IMG/VR virus record: IMGVR_UViG_3300038673_000493
Location: 1-64,000 of that record
Source: a virus
Taxonomy: Duplodnaviria > Caudoviricetes
Direction: 5' to 3' (one strand)
Length of the DNA stretch: 64,000 nucleotides
The notes below the pieces were generated by a model that saw nothing but the letters and a program-made list of their open reading frames with translations, had not been told where the DNA came from and searched no databases. Of the stretch, positions 25,543 through 35,376 are shown one piece after another; position 1 is the stretch's first letter; every line of letters starts with the position of its first letter. Made by a program: the position numbers and the translations under genes.

Positions 25543-26193
25543 ATGATATTATTATTTTCAGGCGGCATTGACAGTTTTTGTGCTTATCATTATTTAGGTA
25601 AACCACAAACAGTTTACTTTGATTTAGGAACTCCATACACACAAAAAGAAATTAAAGTTATCAAGAAATTAATTCCTGAAACAATCATTGATAATTCTTT
25701 GAATCTCGGCAGCAGGCAGATTGGAGAGAAAGCGTATGTTCCTTTCCGTAATCTATATCTAGCAATGTTAGCGGTTAAATATGATGACACCGTTGTTATT
25801 GCCGGAGTTAAAGATGATGATGTATCTGATAAAAATGAACCAATATTTGAAAAATTTTCAGAATTACTTTCTGAATTAGAAGGAAGAGAAATCAATGTCA
25901 TAAGTCCTTTTTGGGGAATGACAAAAGAGCATGTGATTGAATGGTATTTAGAAGAACATTCTCCTGATGATCTATTAAAAACTGTTTCCTGCTACTCCAT
26001 AGAAGATACAAATTATTGTGGAATGTGTCCATCTTGTTTCAGAAAGTGGTGTGCATTAAAAGCCAATAATATAAATTTAGATTTTCATAATAAAGTCTTA
26101 ATGGAAAATTATTATAACAAAGCTTTGAACAATCATTACATTCCAGAAAGAAATGAATTAATCATCAAACTCACAAAGGAGTATTTATCATGA
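25543..26193 (+). CDS. queC: QueC 7-cyano-7-deazaguanine synthase (no glutamine amidotransferase domain)
   Basis: LLFSGGIDS; YVPFRN; SCY...CGMCPSC. Confidence 0.88.
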   Translation: MILLFSGGIDSFCAYHYLGKPQTVYFDLGTPYTQKEIKVIKKLIPETIIDNSLNLGSRQIGEKAYVPFRNLYLAMLAVKYDDTVVIAGVKDDDVSDKNEPIFEKFSELLSELEGREINVISPFWGMTKEHVIEWYLEEHSPDDLLKTVSCYSIEDTNYCGMCPSCFRKWCALKANNINLDFHNKVLMENYYNKALNNHYIPERNELIIKLTKEYLS

Positions 26194-26678
26194 CAAGAGC
26201 CCATTTTGTAAAGAAAGCACAGAAAGATTATCCAGAATTTGGAATCAAAAAAGGAGACAGTTATTGGCATTGGGCTTTTGCTTTTGGTCCAAAGTATAAA
26301 AGTAAAACTCAACCAACACGCTCTCAATTAACACGATCTTCTTTTTTAAGCACATTATATTCCATTGAAGATGGTATATCCAATGCATTTAAAGAATGCA
26401 CTACATCAGATGATTTAGAAAGTTCTATGGAACAGCTTATAAGCGATATTGAAGAATTGAAAGATGAAACTCAAAACAGTTTAGATAATATGCCTTCTCA
26501 ATTGCAAGATGCTGATAGTGGGCAGTTGCTTCAAGAAAGAATTGAAGCCTTAGAAAGTTGGATAAGTGATCTTCAGAGCATTGATCTTTCCATCGAAGAT
26601 GATTTATCCGATGAAGAAAAAGCAAATCGCATTCAAGAAATCATCGAAGAAATTGAAGGATATGGAATTGGATTATGA
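26190..26678 (+). CDS. Hypothetical protein
   Basis: ATGA coupling; acidic helical C-terminus. Confidence 0.6.
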   Translation: MTRAHFVKKAQKDYPEFGIKKGDSYWHWAFAFGPKYKSKTQPTRSQLTRSSFLSTLYSIEDGISNAFKECTTSDDLESSMEQLISDIEELKDETQNSLDNMPSQLQDADSGQLLQERIEALESWISDLQSIDLSIEDDLSDEEKANRIQEIIEEIEGYGIGL

Positions 26679-26965
26679 AAATTGGAGTGGATATTGACGG
26701 AACTCTTACCACAAGTAGTGTAGGATGGGATTACGAAAATCGAATCCCTAATCATGAAATGATTGCTTGGGTAAATAAACATTTTGAAAAAGGAGATTTC
26801 ATTGAATTGTTTACTTCACGATTGCCATGTGATCGTGCAGTTACAAAAAAGTGGTTAAAGAAACATGGAATCAAATATAATAATCTTATTTTAGGGAAAC
26901 CAAAATATGATCTTTATGTAGGGGATGAAGTAAAAAGACCTGAGGAGGTATTATTATGCAAATAA
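26675..26965 (+). CDS. HAD-family mini-phosphatase
   Basis: GVDIDGTLT; FTSR; GKPKYDLYVGD. Confidence 0.8.
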   Translation: MKIGVDIDGTLTTSSVGWDYENRIPNHEMIAWVNKHFEKGDFIELFTSRLPCDRAVTKKWLKKHGIKYNNLILGKPKYDLYVGDEVKRPEEVLLCK

Positions 26966-27279
26966 AAGAATGTAAAACAAATTGTTTATTTTATGAAATG
27001 GGTGAATATTGTGCATCTCCTATAGCAGATAGAGATGATGTTATTGGAACAGAAATGTTCTGTAGCCAATACATCCCAATTAATGAATTTAAAAAAGAAA
27101 TACCGCATATTAAATATATCATTGCATTGGATGAATCGGACAAAGGACAGTTACTGGAAAAAATTCCTGAATTAAAAGGAAAAGTAATTACCTTAAAAGA
27201 AAAAAAGAAATTAAAAATTCGTTTAAAAGATAAGGGAGTTTTCCCTATGTATGAAGGAAATGAATTTTATGGTTTATAA
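26956..27279 (+). CDS. Hypothetical protein
   Basis: SD GAGGAGG. Confidence 0.55.
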   Translation: MQIKECKTNCLFYEMGEYCASPIADRDDVIGTEMFCSQYIPINEFKKEIPHIKYIIALDESDKGQLLEKIPELKGKVITLKEKKKLKIRLKDKGVFPMYEGNEFYGL

Positions 27280-27293
27280 AGGAAAAATTTAAA

Positions 27294-28151
27294 ATGACAA
27301 CTAAACTTTTTCTTGATTCAGGAGCATATTCCGCATATCAGAATAAAACAATTGTTGATATTTATGAATACATGGATTTTATCAAGAAGCATGAAAAAGA
27401 AATAACTACTTATGCAAATCTTGATTCTATAGGTTCCGCAGAAGAAACTTGGAAGAATCAGAGAATAATGGAACAACACGGATTCAATCCCATTCCTGTT
27501 TATCATTTAGATGAGGATAATAAATATCTTGATATGTGTTTGAAATATCCTTATTTTGCTGTCGGAGGATTAGCTTCTGCAAAGGGCAAATCGTTAAAAC
27601 CTTTTCTGAAAAAAGTATTTGTAAAAGTATGTCCTGAAAGTAATAATTATTATCCCATCTGTAAAGTTCATGGTTTTGGAATAGCTACTCCTGAAATCAT
27701 TACTTTTTTTCCCTGGTACAGTATTGATACTACTTCTTGGGTTCAATACGGACGATACGGAATTATACTTGTTCCCAGAGTAGAGTTTGGAAATATAACA
27801 TACAAAAAACCACCTATGTCAGTAGCAATTTCTTCAAAATCAAAAGCTATTGGTGACATAAAACATTTTAGACATTGCCGTGAAAAAGATGAAGTAATGG
27901 AATATTGTAGGATTAAAAATTTTCCTATTGGCAAAACTTTGACAAAGAAAGTTAATCCTGGTTATGAATTAAAAGAAAATGAATCTTGGATTGATAGAAA
28001 AACAAAAGATAAAGTACAAGTGATTATTGAAAGAGGATTGTGTTGTGATGGGGAAATGCGGGATGCTTTGAATTTACAGTATTTTTTGGATCTTGAAAAA
28101 CATATTCCTAAATATCCTTGGCAATATAAACATATTCCTAGAGTTGACTGA
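27294..28151 (+). CDS. dpdA: TGT-fold protein, probable DpdA-like 7-deazaguanine DNA transglycosylase
   Basis: LFLDSGAYS; ANLDSIG; IPVYH; AVGG; KVHGFG; YSIDTTSW; located in the folE/queCDE cluster. Confidence 0.65.
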   Translation: MTTKLFLDSGAYSAYQNKTIVDIYEYMDFIKKHEKEITTYANLDSIGSAEETWKNQRIMEQHGFNPIPVYHLDEDNKYLDMCLKYPYFAVGGLASAKGKSLKPFLKKVFVKVCPESNNYYPICKVHGFGIATPEIITFFPWYSIDTTSWVQYGRYGIILVPRVEFGNITYKKPPMSVAISSKSKAIGDIKHFRHCREKDEVMEYCRIKNFPIGKTLTKKVNPGYELKENESWIDRKTKDKVQVIIERGLCCDGEMRDALNLQYFLDLEKHIPKYPWQYKHIPRVD

Positions 28152-28169
28152 AAATTTTCAAAAAAATTC

Positions 28170-28178
28170 TGCTATAAT
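28170..28178 (+). promoter_or_regulatory. Extended -10 element TGCTATAAT
   Basis: Intergenic, upstream of SD AAGGAG. Confidence 0.6.
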
Positions 28179-28212
28179 TAAAATAGAAAATAAAAATAAA
28201 GGAGAAACCAAA

Positions 28213-28641
28213 ATGCATAAACAAGAAAAATTGTTAAATGCAATTATAAAATCTATCAAACATTGGGAAAAAGATATTCTTGAAAAGTTAAAAGATGGAG
28301 ATCGAGCATTCTTAAATTCTTCAGGAATACTTTTTTGGGAAGTTGATGAAACAGAAATTCCTTGTTATGAAAAAAATTGTCCTTTATGTTTGCATCGTGA
28401 TAAATATTCAATTTCAGATACCTGTCATGAATGTCCATTATTTGAATGCACCAAAATAGATTGCAATGAATCAGGAAGTTCTTGGAGTAATTGGTTAACA
28501 CATCCAAGTGAAAAAACAGCTAATGCGATGATCAGAGATTTAAAGAAAACTTTATTATGGTATTTGCAAGAATTGAAAATAAGTGGTGAAATTTATGAGA
28601 AAAGAATTTCAGATATTAGGAGTAAATACGGGAAGGATTAA
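28213..28641 (+). CDS. Hypothetical Cys-rich protein; paralog of 1011..1433
   Basis: KSIKHWEKDIL; CPLC; CHECPL. Confidence 0.7.
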   Translation: MHKQEKLLNAIIKSIKHWEKDILEKLKDGDRAFLNSSGILFWEVDETEIPCYEKNCPLCLHRDKYSISDTCHECPLFECTKIDCNESGSSWSNWLTHPSEKTANAMIRDLKKTLLWYLQELKISGEIYEKRISDIRSKYGKD

Positions 28642-28825
28642 TTTAAAGGAAAGTAATATGAGACATGATGACTCGGATCAAAATGCAGAATATGCCAGAT
28701 TGAAAAATCTGGAATCGTATGAAATCGAACGGAAAGAAAAAGAAGCCAAACAAAAAGAAAAAGAATCGGAAGATAACGATTGAAAATTTCACGTTGATAT
28801 GCTAACTATAGTTAGTGAGGTGATT

Positions 28826-29773
28826 ATGCAGCCAGAGATGGAATTTGATAAAAAAAATGGCAGTAAACTAACCATTGAAAATCAAGATGTATATTTTTAC
28901 ACATCAGAAAATATGCCTTTTATAAAAGATGGTTCTGTTAATTTATTTATAACAAGTCCGCCATATTGGAACTTGAAGAATTATGGAGGAACACCTAATC
29001 AAATTGGGAGAGAACCTTATGAAACTTATTTAGAACGCTTAAATAAAGTATGGCGTGAATGTTTCAGGGTTGCTAAAGATAATAGCGTTCTTATCATAAA
29101 TATTAATTCAAGAAGAGTAGACAAACGGTTTTATCCTATAGCCCTTGATATATACAAAGAAATGAAATTGTGGAAATTATGGGATGTGCTAATTTGGTAT
29201 ATTCCGAATGCATTACCACAATGTAAACACTACATGAATAGATTATTTGATAATAAATTTGAGTATCTTTTAATATTTACCAAAGGTGATCCAGAAAAAC
29301 ATACTTTTCATAAGCCACGGGTTCCTCAAAAATATGCCACAGCCGATCCACGGCAACATAAAAAAAACAACGCCGGTCGATGCATAGGAAACGTATTTAG
29401 GATAGCTGCATATAGACCTCCAAATGTCAAACAATTAAGTTATCATGTGGCTGCGTATCCTGAAGAATTAGTTGCTTTTATGCTAGAGACGTATACTAAC
29501 TCCAATGATATAGTTTTAGATCCCTTCCTTGGGAGCGGTACAACTTTAAAAGTCGCCAAGGCCATGAATCGAAAGGGAATTGGCTTTGAGTTAAATGATA
29601 ATTATAAGGAATTGATTGAGGAAAAAATTAAAGAATATTGGGAACCGCCCGACTGGAAGAAACTGGACATAATTCATTCATCGACTATGAATACAGGTCT
29701 AAAGACCCCTCGAAAGATTCAATTCAAGAAAAATAATGATCTAGTGATAATAGATAACCAGAGTTTATTTTAG
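28826..29773 (+). CDS. DNA methyltransferase, beta class, probably N4-cytosine
   Basis: ITSPPY precedes DPFLGSGTT. Confidence 0.88.
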   Translation: MQPEMEFDKKNGSKLTIENQDVYFYTSENMPFIKDGSVNLFITSPPYWNLKNYGGTPNQIGREPYETYLERLNKVWRECFRVAKDNSVLIININSRRVDKRFYPIALDIYKEMKLWKLWDVLIWYIPNALPQCKHYMNRLFDNKFEYLLIFTKGDPEKHTFHKPRVPQKYATADPRQHKKNNAGRCIGNVFRIAAYRPPNVKQLSYHVAAYPEELVAFMLETYTNSNDIVLDPFLGSGTTLKVAKAMNRKGIGFELNDNYKELIEEKIKEYWEPPDWKKLDIIHSSTMNTGLKTPRKIQFKKNNDLVIIDNQSLF

Positions 29774-29945
29774 AAACACTAAAACTTTACCAGCTTCAAT
29801 GCCTGGTTTTAGATTTCTTTTAAAAATTATATTGTTTTTATATCTTGAAAGAAACGGTCAAAATTATTGAAAGTAGGTGATTACAATCATTCTATACTTA
29901 TCCGGTAATTTCCCTCAATTATCAAAGATTGAGAAAGAACAAAAG

Positions 29946-30092
29946 ATGGCTGAAAACAATCAAAGAAAAGGAGCAGGATACCATCGTCTTATGACTTTCT
30001 ATTATAAAAAAGATTGTCATACGATTCTGCAAGTGGCTAAAAATATCAAACCAAAAATAACTTTACATAGGAGAATCAAAGATGAGGATTGA
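29946..30092 (+). CDS. Small hypothetical protein
   Basis: MAENNQ...KPKITLHRRIKDED. Confidence 0.4.
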   Translation: MAENNQRKGAGYHRLMTFYYKKDCHTILQVAKNIKPKITLHRRIKDED

Positions 30093-31116
30093 TACCAGAG
30101 AATTGAGAAATATTTTGTCATTGTTAAGACCAGCTCTTAACAAAAGAGAGCTTGCCCAACAAACAAGTCATTTTATTTTCTTCAAGGATAAAATTGCTGT
30201 TTTCGATACAAAAATCTGCATAACACATCCGTTTGAAAGTGATTATGTATTTTCAATCAAAGGAGAAGAATTTCATCGTTTGATAAATGGAATTTCGGAA
30301 GATGAATTAACTTTAACTATCGATGATAAAAAAACAAAAGCAGAGATACGAACGGATTCAACTTCCTCAACAATGAAATTGCTTGATGAAGATCAGGATA
30401 AGTATTCTGAAAAAATAAAAAGTCTTGAAAAGAAAATGGGGAAATGGAAAAAACTTCCCAAAGATTTTATTGAAGCTCTTTCATTATGCAGTTTCACCAC
30501 ATCAACTGATTTAACAGAAGGAGTAAGGACTTGTATTTGCTTCAAAGATAATTATGCTTATTCTTGTGATGGTCATAGAGTAAGCAGATATAAATTATCG
30601 GAGTCTGCGGAAGATGATATAAATGTACCAATCAGAGCCGCTTTAGAACTTATAAAATTTCCTGTAACTGAATATTGTTTTAGTGGAGAATGGCTTTGTT
30701 TCAGAACGGACGAAGATGTGACTTTTTCTTGTTTAGCAATCAATGGAGATTTTCCTTTTGAGAAGATTTCAAAGCCCTTCAAAGAATTAGAAGAATTATC
30801 CACAATTGAACTGCCTGAAGAATTGAAACAAACAATCGATGAAACATTAATGCTTGCTTCAGAAGATACGGCATTCGCTGGTAAAATAATCACCCTTCAT
30901 CTTGAAAACAATGAGATACTAGTGACAGCATCTAATGATCTGGGAAACGTCAGCAAACGAGTTTCTTTTGATTATGAAGAAACACCAATTGATATTAAAA
31001 TCAATTCTAGTTTCTTATACCAAATTTTAAACAAATCAACGGAAATGTATATCGGAGAAATGATATTTTTTGTAACTCCTAATTTTCAACACTTCATGGT
31101 TAAACGAATAGGATAA
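30082..31116 (+). CDS. DNA polymerase III beta-like sliding clamp
   Basis: About 340 aa; CDGHRVS (cf. TDGHRL); GDFP; INSSFLYQIL. Confidence 0.75.
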   Translation: MRIDTRELRNILSLLRPALNKRELAQQTSHFIFFKDKIAVFDTKICITHPFESDYVFSIKGEEFHRLINGISEDELTLTIDDKKTKAEIRTDSTSSTMKLLDEDQDKYSEKIKSLEKKMGKWKKLPKDFIEALSLCSFTTSTDLTEGVRTCICFKDNYAYSCDGHRVSRYKLSESAEDDINVPIRAALELIKFPVTEYCFSGEWLCFRTDEDVTFSCLAINGDFPFEKISKPFKELEELSTIELPEELKQTIDETLMLASEDTAFAGKIITLHLENNEILVTASNDLGNVSKRVSFDYEETPIDIKINSSFLYQILNKSTEMYIGEMIFFVTPNFQHFMVKRIG

Positions 31117-31119
31117 ATA

Positions 31120-33711
31120 ATGATTCCATCATTTTTTGATGATGATGATTTTATCACCACATCAACAAGCCATCTTTGTGCTGAATGCAAAAAAGATGTT
31201 CGTAGTCGATATAAAAAATTACCCGCAATAGGGGATGGTAAAGTAAGTACATTAATTGTAACGGATACTTTTTTAGACTTACCTGAATCGTCTAGTGGTA
31301 AACATATCGGAGACGGAGAAAAATGGTTTGAAAAGCAACTGAAGAAACGCAGACTTGATTTGTTTTCTGATTTTTGGATTATCGGGACAACTCTTTGCAG
31401 ATCAATTCATGATTACACCAAGCAAGATATAACATATTGTTTTCCAAACATTCTAAATTTTATCAGAGAGCATAAACCTAAGTTTGTTGTTCTATTAGGA
31501 GAAAAAGCAATCGAATCATGGTTTCAATCTCGCTTTTCAAATCTGTCAAGAGAAAGATGGAATAATGTATGCATACCTGATTTTGAAAGAAAAGTATGGG
31601 TTATTCCTCTTTATCATCCTTCTTATGTTGTAAAAAACGAAAATAATTCCTTAATATCTTCTCAATATGAAAGAGGATTGGATTTTTTAAAAGAATGCAT
31701 TATTTCAAAACATGATCTAAACACATTGAAAAGACCTAATTTCGATGATGTTATCGTAATGAAAGATTATGATCAGGTTTGTGAGGAACTTTCTTATGTA
31801 ATTGAAAAACCACCTAAATGTATTTGCTTTGACTATGAAACAACTGGATTGAAACCTTACAGACAAGGACACAGAATTGCCTCTATTTCATATTGTTCCA
31901 GTTACTTTAAAGCATTTTCATTTCCTTATCAATATCCTTATTGGAAACCTTTTCAGCAAAAAAAGATCAAAGAAAAATGGAATCAAATTCTGCAAAATGA
32001 TTCTTTGAAAATAGCTCATAACATAAAATTTGAAGATGTTTGGTCAAGAATCATTTTACAGACACAGCCGAATAATTGGCATTGGTGTACTATGGTCGGT
32101 GCCCATTCAATTGATAATCGTGCTAAATATTCAGGATTAAAATTTCAATCATTCTTGCATTGGGGATTGCCTAATTATGACAAAGAAATAAAACCGTATT
32201 TAGAATCATTCGATGATACTGGATTCAATCGGGTAATGAAAGCTCCTCTAAACAAACTTCTTTTATATGGTGGAATCGATTCTCTTATTACATTCTGGCT
32301 TTTCTTCCTTCAGAAAAAAGAAATGAATGATCACATCATGCAAGGATTTGATCTTTTTGTTGAGGGGACTTTAGCTCTAGCAGATGTTCAAATTCATGGT
32401 ATAAACGCGGATACCGAATATTATCATAGAACACATACAGAATTGACAGAACGAATAAAAAAGACGGAGAAAGAGCTTTTACACTATGATGAATGTAAAC
32501 AATTTGAAAAAGTTTATGGAAGATTGCCTAATTTAGGATCATCCAAAGATTTAGAAATGATGTTCTTTAAGGTTCTTAAATTAGAACCAATAAAACTGAC
32601 AAGTAGTGGCAAAACAAATGCTGTTGATGCCGATGTAATGAGTAAATTAAACACTCCTCTTGCAAAAGCTATTACCGATCTATCACGAATTAAAAAAGTT
32701 GATGGCACTTACGTTGCTCAATTTATCAGAGAGATTGATGATGATAATCGTATTCATCCTTTCTATGATCTAACAACTGTTAAAACATATCGTGGAAGTT
32801 CTAGCGGTCCTAACTTTCAAAATATTCCTGTAAGAAATGAAGAGGCAAAAAAATATTCACGATCAGGCATTATTCCCTCACCAGGATTTAAAATTCTTGA
32901 CTTTGATTATGGAGCCATTGAAGTAAGAATGGGAGCTTGCTATACAAAAGATCCTGTATTGATTTCATATATCATGGATCCATCAACCGATATGCATCGT
33001 GATACTGCAATTGATATTTTCTCATTGAAAAAAGCTCCCGCATCTTTTTGGAAAGACAAGAAAACAGGAAATAAATTAAGATTCTTCACAAAGAATGGAT
33101 TTGTATTTCCCGAATGGTACGGATCATATTATAAAAATTGTGCTAAAAATATTTGGAGAGAATGTTCTGAAATACTGACTCATGAAGGAATTACTGTCAG
33201 AGAGCATTTTAAACGAATTGGTAAAGCCACAGATAAAACGGTGCTTGATTATTTTATCAATCACGTTAAAAAAGTAGAAGATGCTTATTGGAAAAAATTC
33301 AAAGTATTCAAACAATGGCAAGATGCTCAATATAAATTTTATGAAGAAACTGGTTTAGTAAAACTGCTGTCTGGTTTTGAATGTAAAGGATATTTAGGCA
33401 GAAATGAAATCGTTAATTATGCTTTTCAAGGAACTGCATTTCATTGTCTGCTTTGGAGTTTGATTCAGATAAACGGAGAATTTAAAGCAAGAGGGATGTT
33501 ATCAAAAATTATCGGACAAATTCATGATTGTTGTGTAATTGATACTCATCCTAAAGAAGAAAAATTAGTTCGACAAATAGCCTCAGAGATTGCAACAAAA
33601 CGTATTAAAGAACATTTTAAATGGATTATTGTTCCATTAATTATTGAATGGGAAAATACAGAAATAGATCAATGTTGGTATTCTAAAATCGAAACGAGAG
33701 AAGAGGAGTAA
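31120..33711 (+). CDS. polA: Family A DNA polymerase with N-terminal UDG-like and 3'-5' exonuclease domains
   Basis: VLLGEKA and PLYHPS (UDG-like); FDYETTGL and AHNIKFE (exonuclease); PNFQNIP, DFDYGAIEVR, QIHD (polymerase). Confidence 0.93.
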   Translation: MIPSFFDDDDFITTSTSHLCAECKKDVRSRYKKLPAIGDGKVSTLIVTDTFLDLPESSSGKHIGDGEKWFEKQLKKRRLDLFSDFWIIGTTLCRSIHDYTKQDITYCFPNILNFIREHKPKFVVLLGEKAIESWFQSRFSNLSRERWNNVCIPDFERKVWVIPLYHPSYVVKNENNSLISSQYERGLDFLKECIISKHDLNTLKRPNFDDVIVMKDYDQVCEELSYVIEKPPKCICFDYETTGLKPYRQGHRIASISYCSSYFKAFSFPYQYPYWKPFQQKKIKEKWNQILQNDSLKIAHNIKFEDVWSRIILQTQPNNWHWCTMVGAHSIDNRAKYSGLKFQSFLHWGLPNYDKEIKPYLESFDDTGFNRVMKAPLNKLLLYGGIDSLITFWLFFLQKKEMNDHIMQGFDLFVEGTLALADVQIHGINADTEYYHRTHTELTERIKKTEKELLHYDECKQFEKVYGRLPNLGSSKDLEMMFFKVLKLEPIKLTSSGKTNAVDADVMSKLNTPLAKAITDLSRIKKVDGTYVAQFIREIDDDNRIHPFYDLTTVKTYRGSSSGPNFQNIPVRNEEAKKYSRSGIIPSPGFKILDFDYGAIEVRMGACYTKDPVLISYIMDPSTDMHRDTAIDIFSLKKAPASFWKDKKTGNKLRFFTKNGFVFPEWYGSYYKNCAKNIWRECSEILTHEGITVREHFKRIGKATDKTVLDYFINHVKKVEDAYWKKFKVFKQWQDAQYKFYEETGLVKLLSGFECKGYLGRNEIVNYAFQGTAFHCLLWSLIQINGEFKARGMLSKIIGQIHDCCVIDTHPKEEKLVRQIASEIATKRIKEHFKWIIVPLIIEWENTEIDQCWYSKIETREEE

Positions 33712-33714
33712 ATC

Positions 33715-34647
33715 ATGGAATTGAATTTGAAACACCGTCCTAAAAAGATTAAAGACATTTTCGGAAATGAATCTGTAAAAGAAAGTATCACCAGTATTTT
33801 AAACAGAGATCAAGAAAACATTCCTCATGCTTTCTTATTTCACGGTCCTACTGGTACAGGGAAAACAACAATGGCAAGAATACTTGCTAATGAGCTAGGA
33901 TGCCCTGCTGATGAAATTATAGAATATAATACGGCTTCTATGAGAGGAATTGATACCATAAGAAACATTATAGAAGATTGTGTTTATGCACCTCTTGAGG
34001 GCTATTCAAAAGTATATATTCTTGATGAAGTTCACCGACAAACCAAAGATGCTCAAAATGCTTTATTGAAATTAGCAGAAGAACCACCTAAACAAGTTTA
34101 CATTATCTTATGCACCACGGATCCTGAAAAATTAATACCTGCTCTTTTAGGAAGATGCACCACATATCAAATGAAACCTTTAAGACCCACAGAAATGACA
34201 AAATTGATTGATCATATTTTAGATGTAGAAGGTTTTGCTCCTACTGAATATCCATCAAGAATAAAAAAAGAAATTATCAGATTATCAGAATGCTTACCAC
34301 GAAATGCATTAAAGCTTTTAGATGCTATTATTGATATGCAAGACGAGGATGCCATCATAGATGCTCTTTCTGCCGTATCTTTAGATACTGTAGAAGCAAA
34401 AGAACTATTCAATGCTCTTTTAAAAGGAGAATCATGGGATAATGTTCGTAAGATGGTGAAAACATTACTAGAAGCAAACGAACCTGAACAAATAAGGTTA
34501 GGTCTTTTAGGGTATATGAGAAATGTTTTGCTTAACTCAAAATCAAATGACAGAGCTTCCTATATCATTGATACTTTTAGCGAAAATACTTATAACGCAG
34601 GAGCATCTTTATTGGTAAACATGTTTTATTCGGTTTGTAAAAAATAA
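33715..34647 (+). CDS. dnaX: Clamp loader, DNA polymerase III gamma/tau-like AAA+ ATPase
   Basis: HAFLFHGPTGTGKTT; KVYILDEVH; AQNALLKLAEEPP; GRC. Confidence 0.88.
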   Translation: MELNLKHRPKKIKDIFGNESVKESITSILNRDQENIPHAFLFHGPTGTGKTTMARILANELGCPADEIIEYNTASMRGIDTIRNIIEDCVYAPLEGYSKVYILDEVHRQTKDAQNALLKLAEEPPKQVYIILCTTDPEKLIPALLGRCTTYQMKPLRPTEMTKLIDHILDVEGFAPTEYPSRIKKEIIRLSECLPRNALKLLDAIIDMQDEDAIIDALSAVSLDTVEAKELFNALLKGESWDNVRKMVKTLLEANEPEQIRLGLLGYMRNVLLNSKSNDRASYIIDTFSENTYNAGASLLVNMFYSVCKK

Positions 34648-34669
34648 CCGTAAAAAATGAAGAAAGAAT

Positions 34670-34678
34670 TGCTATAAT
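34670..34678 (+). promoter_or_regulatory. Extended -10 element TGCTATAAT
   Basis: Intergenic, before SD AAAGGAG. Confidence 0.6.
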
Positions 34679-34700
34679 TAAAATAAGAAAGGAGCTTGCT

Positions 34701-35207
34701 ATGTCATTAAAAGAGGATATGAAATTAGATGTGCAAAATCTTGACAGAGCCGCTTTAGATCAGCCTACCATTTATGCAGAATGGGGAGAAGCGTGGGCTA
34801 AAGCTGTTTTAGAACGAGATAAAATGATTGAAAAAATCACGGCAACAAAAGCAGAATTATTGAAATCTGTAAGAGAGGATCCTGGAAAATACGGATGGAA
34901 AGAAGATAAAAAACCAGGAGAGAATTGGTTTGCTTCCATTGTTGAATTTCATCCAAGCATCATGAAACTGAAGGAAAAACTTCCTGATTTGGAATACGAA
35001 GTAAATATGATGAGAGTGGCTAAAGATGATTGTGAACATCGATTGAAGGCATTGGGCATTCTCACCGAATTGTATAAAGGAAATTACTTTGCGGCTTCTT
35101 CAAAAGGAACTCCTTCTTATAGAAAAGCAGAAGATAATTTACAAGACAAGCAACGAGAAAAATTAAATAATAATCCAAGACTTAAAAAATTAACAAAAAA
35201 GGAATAA
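34701..35207 (+). CDS. Helical protein, possibly UvsY-like recombination mediator
   Basis: Coiled-coil pattern; upstream of the SSB and RecA genes. Confidence 0.45.
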   Translation: MSLKEDMKLDVQNLDRAALDQPTIYAEWGEAWAKAVLERDKMIEKITATKAELLKSVREDPGKYGWKEDKKPGENWFASIVEFHPSIMKLKEKLPDLEYEVNMMRVAKDDCEHRLKALGILTELYKGNYFAASSKGTPSYRKAEDNLQDKQREKLNNNPRLKKLTKKE

Positions 35208-35211
35208 TACA

Positions 35212-35376
35212 ATGGATGTAGAAATACTAAATACTTTAACCAAAGCATTAATAGTTTTGGTTATTATTTTTGTGATAACCCCATTGTATTTATATACTTT
35301 AGCAAGATTGATTGCCTTGGCTATTATGAGATCAATTGACCAAATAAAAAAAGAATGGAGGAAAGAAAGTTTATGA
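35212..35376 (+). CDS. Small membrane protein (54 aa, not in the ORF track)
   Basis: MDVEILNTLTKALIVLVIIFVITPLYLYTLARLIALAIMRS...; ATGA overlap with the next gene. Confidence 0.5.
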   Translation: MDVEILNTLTKALIVLVIIFVITPLYLYTLARLIALAIMRSIDQIKKEWRKESL

